This document shows, in pieces, positions 1 through 13,770 of a stretch of 64,000 nt of DNA. The notes under the pieces were generated by a model. That model saw only the letters and a program-made list of their open reading frames with translations, was not told the origin of the DNA and did no database searches. Origin of the DNA: Chrysomallon squamiferum (taxonomy: Eukaryota; Animalia; Mollusca); contig CM022668.1 of the NCBI GenBank assembly GCA_012295275.1, positions 11,904,001-11,968,000 on the forward strand. Reading direction: 5' to 3'. How positions within the stretch are numbered: the first letter of the stretch is position 1; each line of letters opens with the position of its first letter. The position numbers were made by a program, and so were the translations under genes.

Positions 1-291
1 TATTATTAATTTTCTTCTTTTTTTTTTATTTTTTTATTTTTTTTTTGTTTGTTTTGTTTATTAATTTATTCTCCCTTACTTTTCTTTACTATGTTTTCCT
101 TTTATGTTGTTTTTTGTTTTTTTTCTCATCACATAAAAATCACATTGGCACGTACTGAATTTTACCTTGCAAAAATTAACTCTGAGTTGTTTTTTGTTTT
201 TTAAATATGATGTTATAAATGGTATTTCTTTTTTTTTTTTTTTTTTTTTTTTTCATTTCTGTTGATGCAGAAATAATTGTAATAATAATAA

Positions 292-322
<31 letters not shown>

Positions 323-338
323 TTTTTTTTTTTTTCAG

Positions 339-586
339 CCCTGTACCTAACTCCACACCCAGGACACCCAACCTGACGCCCAGAACACCAAACCTTAGCC
401 ACACCCCAGAATCAGCAGGGAGTGGCCATTCATATCTTTCCATTACTGGTAGTCATAGCAACCCGTATTTTCGCATTCCAGAAAAGCTTCAGATAGTTAA
501 ACCAATGGAAGGTTAGTATTGCTTTTATGGGTTTCTAATTATTTAAACTTACAGGTGTGTGTGTGTGTGTGTGTGTGTGTGTCTGT

Positions 587-624
<38 letters not shown>

Positions 625-1907
625 ATGTGTCTGTGTGTCTGTGTGTCTGTGTGGTATTATATCTGTTTAATTTATATGGAGAGCATTGTGAATACAGTTA
701 TATAATCATAACATTTTTTTTTCATTTTTATTCAGAATAATGAACTAGATAAAGATAAACATAGTTACTCAAAATTGTATACTGTAATTCACTAGACAGA
801 CAACATTATACACAATTATGTTATCACAGTGGTATATCATTTTATTCTGTGGGGGTTAATTTGGAGGTGTAACATCTTATATGGTTATGTATCACAGACA
901 TATCAGATTTATATCACTTTGATAACATTTATTTGGAATAAATGGTAAAAATTAAAAACCTTTATAAAAAAATCACCATGTTATGTGTCACAAACATTTC
1001 TATTTACACTTGTTGGATAACATTTAGTTAGAATAAACAGTAAATGCTGCAAAAACGTTACATAAAGTCACCATGACAACCATTGTTGTTGCAGGCTCCA
1101 TAACCCTGCGGCAGTGGCAACAGCTGGCCACGCCCAACCTGAGCGGCCTGTTTGAAGAGAGGCCAGGAGTGCAGATTAAAGGAGAGAGAAAACTGGATCT
1201 GGTTGAGGAGGTTTACAGACTGAGCGACTTCGAAGAAGATGGTATGAGTATTTCGTGTTTAATAACTGTTTTGTCTGTCATTGGTTGACTGGAGCTATCC
1301 CAGTTTGCAATGCACCACAGCCATTTTGGTTTTCTAAGTTTATAATGGTTAATGTTATGAAGTTGTAGTCTAGTGTTCTGTATGTATGAAATGACTTCAG
1401 CTATGGATATAACAGTTATTCTGTAATAACTGAAACAAGAGATTGTGTTATAACTCAAACAAATTATTCTACTGTAACTCTAAACTAAATTTTTTTATTA
1501 TAATTCAAAACCAGAGATTGTATTATAGCTCAAACCAGAGATTTTCATGTTACTCAAATAAGAGATTCTGTTTTGACTTAAAATCAGAAATTCTGTTATT
1601 ATACAAAACCAGAGATGATTAAAACTGAAATAAGAGATTATATATTATAATTCAAACCAAAGATTCTGTTATAGTTCCATCTGTTGTTATAGAATAAGTG
1701 GTTAACAACCTACAACACAGAAATTAAAGATAATTGAGAGAGTAATGTTGAGTCTTGTATTGTGACATCCTTACACAAATATGCATTCACTTATTATTTA
1801 TTCCAGTATGTTGTTTTTGCTTTTAGCTCTTTTTTTTTTTAGTTATTCTTTCTTTTTTTCTTTTTTTTATTGTTGTTGTTTTTTTGTTGTTGTTTTTTTT
1901 ATATAAA

Positions 1908-1938
<31 letters not shown>

Positions 1939-4019
1939 AACACTTTCCATGTTACTGCTTTGTCAGATATTTTGTGTCATTATTATTTATTGTTGTTGTT
2001 GTTGTTTTTTTGTTTGTTTAAGATGAAACACCGTACGAACCAAGTGTTTCAAGTCAAGTGTCTGAAAGCAACTCCTCACTTTTCACATTCTCCGAATCCT
2101 CTCTGCAGAAACCAGAGAATCATTCTCCAGCAACCAGCCCATCCAGGTGGGAAAATCTCTCTTGTTTTGCTGGGGATGGGTGGATAGATAGATAGATTCA
2201 TTCTTCTGATCATGATGATGCCTTGGAGAGTGGTGAAAGCTTGCAATTTTATGTGGTGCAGAAAAAAATGTATGAAAGAAATGTTTCTCATCCTGGTCAG
2301 GTGGAACAAGAGCTCTATAATGGGAGTCAGTGATGGTCTGGAGATGGGTAGTAGTGTTTGATTATGTGATAGACAAGAAAGTATGAAAGACATATATTTT
2401 CCAGTCCAATGATGTGGGAAAGCTGTCTTGTGTGATGGGTAGGTAGATGGAATGATGATGGATGTAGAAGTCTTGGATATGGCTGACTGGGTGTGATTAT
2501 GTGGGAGAAAAAAAGTATTGGGAAAAAAACAAAACATCTTCCAGTTTAATAAAATGGAGTTGAATATTTTTGTATGGTGGGGTAGATGTATGAGAAGGTG
2601 GGGTTTTTTGAGACTGAGAGCTGGGTGTTTGTTAGAGAGAAAGGTTCTATAAATCAGAGAAATATTTTTCGGTTCATTAAGCTTGAAAAAATATTTTCTT
2701 AATAGTAGATGGGTAGATAGGTTGGTAAAGATGTTTATCATGTGTGCAAGTGTGATACAGTCTCTATTACAAGGTTTACATGTTTTATATTAATATATAA
2801 ACAAAAACTAGAAATATTTTTATCACAGACGTTTTTAAGGGGGAAAGGTTTGGGGAGAATGATAAAAAGAAATTTTAGATGTTCTGAACTGAATTATTTG
2901 TCTAGAAAAAAACACCATTCTTTACCTATATTGTTAACGTAAGAAAAATATCTTATATTAGTTTGGTAGGTGGTGGATTCGAGTCTAGGTATGACAGAGA
3001 GTAAGTTAGATGTGTAGCTTTTTCTGTGTGGTTTTTCTTTTTTCTTTTCTTTTTTTTTTCTTCATTTTAAGAACAAAGGCAAAAGTTGGTTTATCTGGAA
3101 ACTATTCATCATGATTCATGATTTGTTTATTATTTATTTCATTATTTATTTTATTGTTTCTGTTTATTTATATGGTTGCATGTGTGTATGTCTGTATTTA
3201 TTTTATTAATTAGAATTTCAGTTGTTTGCTTCTTTGTTTATTTATAATAATTAGATATGAATTTCTTCTGTTGCCTATAGCTTTGTTAAATATTTAATAT
3301 TTTTTTTAGCAAGCCAAAGATTCTGGTTCAAATCTTCTTGAGAAAAAACAACAACTGTAGATGTTTATTTTATTTTATTTTATTTATTTATTTATTTTCA
3401 GTAGGATCGGATTAGATGCATTACCCTCATCTCTCTCAACCGGAACCACAACAGTCACCGCCGCAGCAGCAGCAAGCAACATCATCACCACGACGTCACA
3501 TAGCGTCACTGACCGGCTGGCAATGCCTCGACGTACGGCATGTCGCTTGGTCTGGCGGCCATCTTGAACGAACGAGATCTGGGAATCACGCGATCTGCCC
3601 TCGGAGGTCTGCGCCACGCGACTTCTATTCCGACACAACTACAAACCGTCGGCATGGAAACGGCCCGCGAACCTTCTGTCCCCGTTGCTGCCGGAGTTGT
3701 AACTGTGTCTCAGTCGCTGAAAGATTTGACTGCGTGCGGCTTGAACAACAAAACCCACGTTTCAGGTGGAGCGGGCATTTTTGAAAAGTTGAAAAAGACA
3801 GGATTTTCTTTGTATGGAATGATTGGAGGCAGAAATTCTGCGAAGGACGAATCATTGCCCCCCGAATCTGTGCGTACAACGGGAATTGTTTCAAACCACG
3901 ATCAGATTGATTCTATAGATGCAGCAATCGACGGAGATGCAAAAGGTGTTGTCGTTGACGACGATAATGGAAGCGTGTTGGGAATGTTGACGTCCTTCAG
4001 ACGAGGTGGTTTTCTGTGA
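339..4019 (+). CDS. TRAK1: Milton/TRAK trafficking kinesin-binding protein, 3' portion (5' exons lie upstream of the window)
   Basis: GT-AG exons with consistent phases: 339-511, 1095-1241, 2023-2146, and a last exon from 3402 or 3405. The spliced peptide [14 protein letters not shown]|[37 protein letters not shown] matches the conserved TRAK/Milton segment (human TRAK1 [30 protein letters not shown], recalled). SNSSLFTFS and [14 protein letters not shown] also resemble TRAK motifs. The last exon needs a -1 frame change near 3510-3540 (see findings). TRAK1 versus TRAK2 orthology cannot be resolved here. Confidence 0.92.
1410..1690. repeat. Degenerate ~28-bp minisatellite in a TRAK intron
   Basis: Recurring AAACCAGAGATT(C/G)TGTTATAACTC-like units. 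Confidence 0.7.
3513..4019 (+). CDS. C-terminal coding segment of the TRAK gene, in a frame shifted relative to the spliced upstream frame
   Basis: Open frame after the TGA at 3510-3512: [24 protein letters not shown]...[10 protein letters not shown]...[16 protein letters not shown]. It resembles the TRAK motifs (S/M)LGL..L.ER and LV.(R/K)L..G and is GC/CpG-rich like coding DNA. Confidence 0.8.
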   Translation, partial: PAGNASTYGMSLGLAAILNERDLGITRSALGGLRHATSIPTQLQTVGMETAREPSVPVAAGVVTVSQSLKDLTACGLNNKTHVSGGAGIFEKLKKTGFSLYGMIGGRNSAKDESLPPESVRTTGIVSNHDQIDSIDAAIDGDAKGVVVDDDNGSVLGMLTSFRRGGFL

Positions 4020-4405
4020 TGCTAGTGATGTTTAGTTTAGTTCGTTTTTAAGAACAATTGTATATAGATTTTTATAAAAAAACAAACAAACAAATTTTAG
4101 ACAAAAGTGTTTACATAGATGGTCGTGTTGTGTTTCACAGTGTCATCAGTTTGGTTGTCTTTCATTGTTTTGAAATAACTTTTCCATATATCAGAACTTT
4201 TGATGAAATATTTTATAAATACAAGATCTGCATTTATATCATTTGATGCACTGTGATCCAGTGATAATTTTTATACCAGTTTTAAAATTATTATGGGGAA
4301 AGGTATCAAGAAAAAAAACAGAACCTGAGAAATGATTATTATTATTAATTTTAATTTTTTTTTTTTTTTAACTTATGATTAGTGAGCATTAAAAAAAATA
4401 CAGAA

Positions 4406-4446
<41 letters not shown>

Positions 4447-5312
4447 TTCTTTTAAAATTAAATCAAATTAATAAAAAGGAAATTTATAGAACGTTTTACT
4501 GTCTTATATTTTTTCTTTATCTTTTTTAAAATTAAATCATAATATAAAAAAAACTTTTTTAAAAAAGTAGATTAAACTTTACAAATGATCTCAACACCTC
4601 TTATATTTTTTCTCAAATTCCTAAAAAGAAAGAGACAATAAACACTTAAGATTTACCTCTATGTCCTTGTTACTTACCTATAGTACTTAAGTAATTCATT
4701 GTTGTGCGAATTTGTATATAGAAAGATCTCATTCATACATATATCTATATATTAGTCATAATGTTTTCGACATCAGAGATAAATTAACTTGAGTGCTGAT
4801 TCATTTGCTCATTTTATCATATGCATTTAGGAAAGTAGTCAGAAAATATTTGAGGTTACAAAAGTCTCAAATTAGTAATGAAAATCACATTTACTGAATT
4901 GTACATACAGTGTATAGATGGAGTTTTTGACTATTCAGAAATATTTATCAGTGTATTTATTAACTGTATAAACTAGTGCTATTTGAATGTAATTGTATGA
5001 TAGTTGATGTATAAATATATATAACCTCTGGTCTTTCATAGAAATATCATTTGGGATGTGTGTGTGTATTGGTTAATTTGCTTGGTGGGTTATGTGGTTG
5101 ATAAGAATTTTTTTTTGTTTTGTGTCTCTGTGTGTGTCTGTGAGTCTGTTAGTGTGGTATATATCACATATGTTCTAAAAGGGATATGTATGCTTTCTTT
5201 TGTCAGTCTGTCTGTCTCTCCCCTTGTGTGTTTCTGAAAGATTATCAGCTGTTTTGGAAACAATTAAGTTCTTTTGGGCATTAAATAAAATAATATATAT
5301 ATATCAGATTAT

Positions 5313-5348
<36 letters not shown>

Positions 5349-6216
5349 AAACTGAGCAGCTATATTTCTTTTACTTTACATTTTGCAAGATCATTTTTTT
5401 TTTTTTTTTTTTTTTTTTTTTATCTTCATTCCAACCAGTATTTATTAGTTCATACATATTTTATTTTAATTTTATTTTAATTTTATTTTTTTCTCTCATT
5501 AATCGTACCAAGCAATAAGGTTTCTTTTACTCATATTTCGCAAGATCAGCCCTCAGCTTAGAAACTTTTGAGCAGTTTCCTATGCAAACCAATGCTTTAT
5601 ACTTCAGTACTAGCATTCGTTAACAAGTTAGGCCAAAGTTTTTACCTTTTTGTTTTGTAAAAATTCCTTGCTGCAGATTGGTAGGAGTAACCCTTAGAAA
5701 TGCTTTTTCTTCCCAGTTGGTGAGTTTAATATTTAAATATTTTTAATCTTGAACTTTTCACCTTAAGATTTAGTAGTAATATTATAGGTGAGACTTTTAT
5801 GGTGTTAAACACATCTTCTTAAGTAAATTACTCTTTTTTTCTTTTCTTTTGTGTATTTCACTCAGTCAGTATTAAATCCATAGAAATTTTGCTAACAGTC
5901 TAATATCTTTTTGTTTAATTTTCTTTCTTTTTTTTTTTTAATATTTTTAATAGAAAGAGGATTTTTTGTTCAAAATCTTGAAAGCTTCAGTAGATAAATA
6001 ACTTTCTTAAAATTCGTTTTTAAAGAAAATGTCATTCAGTAAAGCTTATTTTTTTTCCCTTTCTTTCTTTTAAAGAATTTAATATCATTATAATTATTTT
6101 TGAAAAGAAAAATAAAATTATTTACATAAAAATATTTGGGTGGGGTGTATTTTTTTATAATTATCTTTCATCTCTTTTAACTTTATAAATTTAAAATATA
6201 CTGGATTTCTATGGGG

Positions 6217-6253
<37 letters not shown>

Positions 6254-6646
6254 GGTTTAATTTATAGAAGTTTACATATAGGATTAATTTTTTATTTCTA
6301 TTTTTCATTAGCAAGGGTTAATTTTAAAAGATTTAAAAAAAAATTAAAATGCATATATTAAGATTTTGTGTGTGAATGTCCATGTTTGTTTTTGTATTTT
6401 TGATAAGTTTTATGAATGGGATGAAGTGTATGATATCATTAAACAAATAGTAATAACTTTGTGTGTAAACACAATGATCTTCAGGCAAAAAGCCAAATGT
6501 GTAGATGTCATTTTATAAAGTAATTGATTACTTTTATATTATTTATCAGTAGATATGTTAATTAAGAAAATGTATTAGTTCATTTTGGTGTTTTTTTCGA
6601 TTTTTGATGAAAGAAAATTATATACTAAAATAGGCTATAGATTTTA

Positions 6647-6723
<77 letters not shown>

Positions 6724-7710
6724 CTTTCCTCTAAACTATAGATAAACAATAATACTAACTTCTTTTTGAAGTAACCCACATGTTAATCAGAAGATCAATT
6801 AAGGATGTTAATTTGTAGATAATATACAAAAGTGCTTATGTAATCCTTACATCATCATACACTTTCATCTGTTTGTTTTCTCTTTTCCATTTTCTTAATT
6901 TTTCTTGAATTTATTTATTTATTTATTTATTTTAAATAATTACAAAAATAAAAATAACAAAACTGTGTTACCTGTTAGACTAGTTATACAGGTACACTGA
7001 CTAATGAAATCTGTTTAAATTTATTATCGATTTAAAGATCTGAAAAAAAATAAACAAATTGTCTGTAAATAATTTATTCATCTGTATTTTTGTATGGTTA
7101 TGTTTTACACATTTTTATTATTATACATGTTTATTTGGTTATTATTAAAAAAAAAAAATTGTTATTTATTTATTTATTATTATTTTTTTTAATCATGATT
7201 CTACATTCCCCTTAAATAATGTAGTCTTCTCAAGCTTATTGTAAATATCGATTTAGATCTTAATTTTTTTTTTTTTTTTTTTCCTGATCCTGTCATTTAC
7301 ATTCCATGCCAAAATTAAAATCTAAAAATATTTAAAAAGTGATTTTCTCATGTGACATTGTATTTTCAAAACAAGCAACTTAAAACAGAGAGCTGTAGCC
7401 ACATTTGATTTGTATGAGATTTATGCTGGTGCTTGTATTACACAAGTGGTTGTTATACTGAGGTAATTATTTTCAGCAGAATTAAGCATTTGTCTTCCTT
7501 TTTACATTTTTAAAATCAAATTACGGATAAATTTTATGCACGAAAGATTAATTGTTTTCTGTTAATTTTGTTAATTTGAAAACAATTGTGATTTTATTTT
7601 TTTAAATTTTTTTAAAAACATTTCTATGAAAAAAAAAAAAAAAAAAAAGAAGAAAAAAATAATGACAAATAAATTAGTCTTTTTGTTTTTTAAATTTTAA
7701 TAAATAAAAC
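4020..7710 (+). other. Probable long 3' UTR of the TRAK gene
   Basis: T-rich, CpG-poor sequence follows the stop. Overlapping AATAAA hexamers lie at about 7699-7709, followed by GT/T-rich sequence. Composition changes near 8100. The end position is inferred. Confidence 0.4.
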
Positions 7711-8631
7711 CGCTGAGATAAAAGGTGTGTGCAAACTGAAAGATAATTTTTAAAATTTAATGGTTTTGTTCGTTTTTAACCACTTTCTGTAGCTATGCAA
7801 TAGTGTGAGATATTGTGCCTTGTTTTTTGTTTGTTGTGTTGTTTTTGTATTTTAATTTGTAAAATTGAAAATATCAGGTGTGTCACATTAAACTATTACT
7901 GTGTATAGTATTTTGTTGTTTTTATTTTACAGAATTAACGTTTATTAAATAGAAGTAACTATTAATTTTCTGAGGGTTTTTTTTTTAAAAAAAAAATTAA
8001 ATTTATTGGTTTTTATTCAAATTTATTTATTACATTATTTGTCACTTTATTTATTAACACATTTATATTTTTACTATATTATTATTATTATTATTATTAT
8101 TCATTTTCGTTTCATTTACTTGAATCATTTTAATCACCTATTATACGATTCTACCAATGCTGCGATCACAAATGTCGGAAAGAATCGATCTCACAATAAA
8201 CTGGTTCGCCAAATAACATACCGCGAATGTTAACCGTAGCAAGCGAAGTAAAGTAGTAAACCACTCTACCCAAAACAAACATGCAGACGACTTTTACTTA
8301 ACGCTAGTACTGTGGCCATGATTAAAACTTTGTACCAATATTTATAAATAAACAGACACTAAAAACTTCATGTTTTAGGTCAAAGCTATTATGCAGGTTA
8401 ATGAACGATCACCAAAGCAAGTAGAAAAATTTTTGCTACTGAAGTTACGCTGACACTGAAAAAAATATATTTATCAAATTTACTCGATGATAAATTATTA
8501 TTAAATGATTACTGTACCCGGATCCAGATGATAGGCGTGTCCTCGTTATTTTATTTCGATTCAGTTTTATTATAGCTGTTGTTATTTTAAAAATTAATCT
8601 TTAATTTGAAATAAAAAAAATTGCTTAAACA

Positions 8632-8755
8632 GGTCGAATGCTTTATATGTACAAACCATCGGCCCGACTGAATAGGTCATACCACGGACCTTGTTATATC
8701 ACTTACTGTGAAGCAGTAGTTGGAATAAGCAATAGACCAGTGGACAACCCGCTTT
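8632..8755. mobile_element. Degenerate SINE-like repeat fragment (mollusc type)
   Basis: CTTTATATGTAC..CCATC..CATACCACGGACCTTGTTATATCA..GAAGCAGTAGTTGGAATAAGCAATAGACCAGTGG resembles a gastropod tRNA-derived SINE body recalled from memory. Related fragments occur at about 10093-10135 and 41696-41735. Confidence 0.4.
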
Positions 8756-9586
8756 ATTTTTTAACAAGATATTATATTATATAGTGGGCCCAATATATAT
8801 TTTCTATTTAAGACACAGATCCCAAATTTCAGAGAGAGGATGGGGAGCAGTCATTGTGGTTAATGTTACTTTTATAATTAAAATAACGAGCTGCTGTATA
8901 AAGAAAAAAAAAACAAAAAACAACAAAAAACAACAAAAACAAAAACAAAAACAACCAGGAATAGATAGGAATATATAATTTCTTAAACAGCCAATATATT
9001 ACTCCACAGGGAAGTAACATCCGATGACGTAATCCCTAAATTTATATGTGTGGCAAAAAGAACGTGCTCAAGGTCTATAAATAGCTCGGTGTCTGTGAGA
9101 AAAATAACTGACAATGCATTTCTCGGCAGAAGTCGTTGCTCTCGATATGTTTCTTGAACTATGGTATACGAATACACATTATGACTGGAATTGAAAAGTA
9201 CAACAAAACATTACTGCGTCCATGAAAGCAGTCAATTATATAAATTTTCTTTTTTTTTTTTTCATCTCAGTCCTAACCGGCTAAGAAGTTATTTAATATG
9301 AATGAATGTTTAACATCTGGGTATAAAACCTTGCATTTATGACATTTTTTTTTTTTTTTTTTTAATTTTTTTTTTTTTTTTTTTTCAACATCATGAATAT
9401 GAGTAAGAAAGTTTATTCATCTATTAGCGATTGCAGATTTCTAACAAAGACTGACATTATACCTCTGAATTTTGTAAACCAGTAGTTTGCACACTACTGG
9501 AATGAGTGCTGAAAGGGAAAGCCGAACCAGATTTATCATGAGATTTATTTTATGTTATTTTATTTTTTATTTTGTTGTTGTTGTTG

Positions 9587-9685
<99 letters not shown>

Positions 9686-10092
9686 TTAATTAATTCATTT
9701 CATTTAATTGTTTATTTAATTGTAATATTTATTTATTTATATTAATGTTTTTATGAAAATTTCATCATTGTTATTTTGCTCAGTATTTTTATATCTTTCA
9801 TTTTTAAGGTTTCAGTCGAACCTTCTCCCCACCTTTTATTTATTTATTTATTTTTATTTCATTTATTTTTATGTTTTAATTGAATATTCTCCCTACCACT
9901 GAATATATTCAAGTTCGAATAATAATAATAATAATACGTATGTAATGGAATCTAACATGACTATACAACACAAGTGTTGCAACAACGGGATAGAAATAAC
10001 TGACATGAAAGAATGCATAACTCTCCTCATACATCTTGATATTAATGATCATTTACATACACTGAAAACATATACGTGCCCGCATTATATTA

Positions 10093-10135
10093 ATTAGCAG
10101 CAAGGGATTTTATAATTTCAACCTTCCCATGAACT
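10093..10135. mobile_element. Short SINE-like fragment
   Basis: ATTAGCAGCAAGGGATTTTATAATTTCAACCTTCCCATGAAC is similar to 41696-41735 (GCAAAAGGATGCCTTTATATATGCACCTTCCCACAGAAC). Confidence 0.35.
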
Positions 10136-10154
10136 GTACTTACGACAGTGTCTG

Positions 10155-10190
<36 letters not shown>

Positions 10191-11631
10191 AACGACGAAG
10201 AAGAAAATCAGTTTTCATATCTTTACCCCCGTTTCATGATCCGCATGTTTCTTTTTTCTTCTTCTTCTTTTTATTTTTTCTTTTCTTTTTTTTTTCTTTC
10301 CGGTTTGTTTTTTCGAATGCGTTTCTTTTGTACGGGTGGGTATAGGTGTCGCTGCTCACGTGTGTGTTTACGTAACAGAGTAACTCTCGAATCTGTCGTA
10401 AATCACGCGGCAGTCGTTCGCTGATTATTCCAAGCAAGATTTATAAACGTCAAGGTCGCAAGCCTGTTGAACACGCAAGTTGATTTACGAGGTAAACTGT
10501 CAGTTAAAACGACGTGGACAAACCACTCAGCTAGCATTGCATTGCACAGAACTGCAACAAATACCTGAGGCAAAGAGTGCGTTTAGACATTCTGTATTCT
10601 AAATAAGTAAATAAATACATACATACATACATAAATAAATAAATAAACGATAACGTTGGAAAAGAAATGTAGCCATATGTAATGAACAATAAATGAATGA
10701 ATGAATAGTAGCAAGAAATAAATAATTACTATACATGTGTGTGTATTATGTGTGTACGTACGTATGTATATATGTATGTATCTTGTCACTGTTAAAAGCG
10801 TTTTTTTGTATAGAGATCAGTAAACAATTTTTTTTTTTTTTTTTTTGTTCAATTCAGTTTGCAGGTGAAGAGCCCAAAAATCATAAAAATAGGACGAAAA
10901 CTGTGTAGGTGATATTGTCTTCAAAATCAAATTTTAAAAGAGAAATTATATTTCAACAGTAAATAGAACTGGGGTGGCGTGGGTACGCACTCCCTCTTTA
11001 TCAGTTCACGGCTGACAAACTGGAGATTTCCTCCAGATAAACACCACCACACCCCACCTCACTGAATCCCTGTATACGCAACTAGAGTTAATATTTTATG
11101 AGATTAAAAAAGACGGGATTACTGTAACAACACAAGGGCTTTCCTTTATGGGCAGTTATCGTAATGCGAGACCTTCTGTTCTATCCTTGAGTAGGTCAAA
11201 GAGACCTATACTGAATAAGATGTCCTACTTATTACAAATTCACAGCGTTTTTTAATCGAAGTGTCCGTAAATTGTTGAAATACGTAACGAAATCATGCAT
11301 ACAAAATTTTGTTTTTATTACTTGGAAAACATCCTGTTTTCACAAGGTTGATATCCCGTCATGCCTTTCTCTTCCTCCCCGTTTATTTTAGAAGAAATTG
11401 TTCTGTTTAGGTCAAGGCCGTTTCTGGAATTAATCTATAATTGTTGTTGTTGTTTTTTGCTCTGTATATGCTAAGATGTCTCTAATCTGTGTCATTTGCT
11501 GTTCATGATTATATAACTATTGCTACATTTATTTTATTTTAATTTTTTTAATTTTTTTTTTTATGTTTTTATTTTTATTGTTTTGGTTAATGTTTTCTCA
11601 GTTGTTGGTTCTGTAGTTGTTGCTGTTTCTT

Positions 11632-11662
<31 letters not shown>

Positions 11663-11907
11663 TTATTATTATTATTATTTGATGTTATTGTATCGGTTGT
11701 TACTGTTCGTTTTCTACTAATTATTATTGTTGTTGTTGCTGTTGATGCTACTGCTGCTGAAGCACTAAAATGATATATAAATAAAGAGAAGATAATCATG
11801 TTATCACATGTCGTTCTCATAAACATTTACGAATACATCCTTGAAATTCACTTCCTGCATTAAAATTCGATTTAATATTAAATAAAATAAATACATACAT
11901 AAATAAA

Positions 11908-11938
<31 letters not shown>

Positions 11939-12160
11939 TAATAATAACAATATATTAAATTAAATTAATTTAACAAAATAAATAAATAAATAAATAAAAT
12001 ATATATAAACAAGCAAATAATCAAAACATAAATAAATATACCAAAAATAAAATCAATAAAATAATTAGAAATAAAAACTAACATAAATGTCTTCATCAAA
12101 TAAAAAAAAAAAGGAGAAGAAAACGGCATTAAAAACATTAAATAAATAAATAAATAATAA

Positions 12161-12191
<31 letters not shown>

Positions 12192-12639
12192 AAGAAGAAA
12201 AAGAAAAGAAAGAATCAAAATATTTTAATAGGCGTTTACATTACAACACAAACACGGGTGAAAACAAGTAACCGTCTGACAAAGAACGTTTCAATAAGCC
12301 ATAAAAAAATATCTATGAATAATTTATTTTAAAAAAAACACAAAAAGCAAACAAATTGTCATTCATTACTTTTCAAAATTATCTCAGATCGGTTTAAAAT
12401 TGTGACTGTGAGTCAAATCAAACACAGACCCGGGTATTTAAATTTTTATTTTTTTATTTTTTTTTATTTTTTTTTATTATTATTATTTTTTTTTTTTTTT
12501 TTTTTTTTGTGGGTGGAAAAGGGATAAGTCAGTTGAAACTTTCGGTTATTTCAGGTATGTATGTGTATGTTTGTGTGGGTGTGTGTGTTTGTGTGTGTGT
12601 ATATATATTTCTGTTTCCATATATTGTGTATGTACGTAC

Positions 12640-12795
12640 GCACGTACGTATGTATATGTGTATGTTACCTGTTTCTAGTCACGTACTCATAATAATCCCG
12701 TACACCTTTTAAAATAAAGTAAAATAAAATAAATAATAAATAAATAAGTAAATAAAATTACAACATGTATGTATGTATGTATGCATGTATTATGG

Positions 12796-12827
<32 letters not shown>

Positions 12828-12940
12828 GTAAGTATGTATGCATGATGTATTTATATATGAATGCACGTACCTGTGTATGTACGTATGTGTGTGTGTGTGT
12901 GTGTGTGTATATTTATACACACATACGTGCATACATATAC

Positions 12941-12976
<36 letters not shown>

Positions 12977-13095
12977 GGACGTATATGTATGTATAGACGT
13001 ATGTATGTATGTATGTATGTATGTATGTATATGTGTATGTTACCTGATTAGAGTCACGTCCTCATAGTAACCCCGTTTACCTTTTATAATGTTTA
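12640..13095. repeat. Local direct duplication separated by (TA/TG/TATG)n microsatellite
   Basis: TATGTTACCTG..AGTCACGT.CTCATA.TAA.CCCGT..ACCTTTTA.AAT occurs at about 12661-12715 and 13036-13090. Confidence 0.7.
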
Positions 13096-13359
13096 CCTGT
13101 CTAAAAAAACGAGACACCCCAACTATTCATCCATCCATGAACGGGTGTTTATGGATTTCTGCCAGTTAAGCTAAGCCCTATGAACAAGCACAGATGTGTA
13201 TTCACTCAAGCGTGAAATGCACAATACATCACACCATTAACGACACGAGAGATAGGTGATAAAGCTGCTTATGTATGTCAGACTAATGTTTTTACAAAGG
13301 TAAATGTACTTATTTAGGATTTAAAAAAAGGCAAGTGATGAAGAATTTAAATGCTTTGT

Positions 13360-13770
13360 AATGTTTTGTTATGTTGCGGTCTGTTGTTTTATGTTGAGCT
13401 GTGCTGTTATTTGATGTGATGTATTAAATTGTGTTATACTGTACTGTGTGTTGTGTTATACTGTATTATGGTGTGTTCTGTTGTGTTGTGTTAGGTTATA
13501 CTGTGTTATATGTCGAATTGTGTTGTGTTGTGTTTTATTGGGTTGTGTTGTGTTATGTTATGTTGTATTGTGATATATTATGTTGTGTTAAGTTGTGCTA
13601 CATTATCTTGCGTTATGTTATTATGTTGTGTTATATGACTGTATGTTACATTATGTTATATTGTTATGCCATGTTACATTATGTTATTTTGTTATGCTGT
13701 GTTACATTATGTTATATTGTTATGGTAAGTTACACTATGTTCTACTGTTATGCTATTTTACATTTCATCA
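13360..13770. repeat. Degenerate pentanucleotide repeat (TGTTA/TGTTG)n
   Basis: Visible 5-bp periodicity over about 400 bp. Confidence 0.85.

Noticed and set aside
2076-2741. 221-aa minus-strand ORF in a TRAK intron
   Set aside because: It lies in a G-rich, internally duplicated degenerate region. The composition makes stops rare on that strand, and no domain is recognisable.
3501-3512. Stop readthrough or A-to-I editing of TAG/TGA as the explanation for the TRAK frame break
   Set aside because: It would need two recoded stops and a different splice phase. A single-base indel is far simpler.
3416-3784. 122-aa ORF ([13 protein letters not shown]...) overlapping the TRAK last exon
   Set aside because: Third frame, preceded by an in-frame TAG at 3413, not reachable by the splice phase, and with no family motif.
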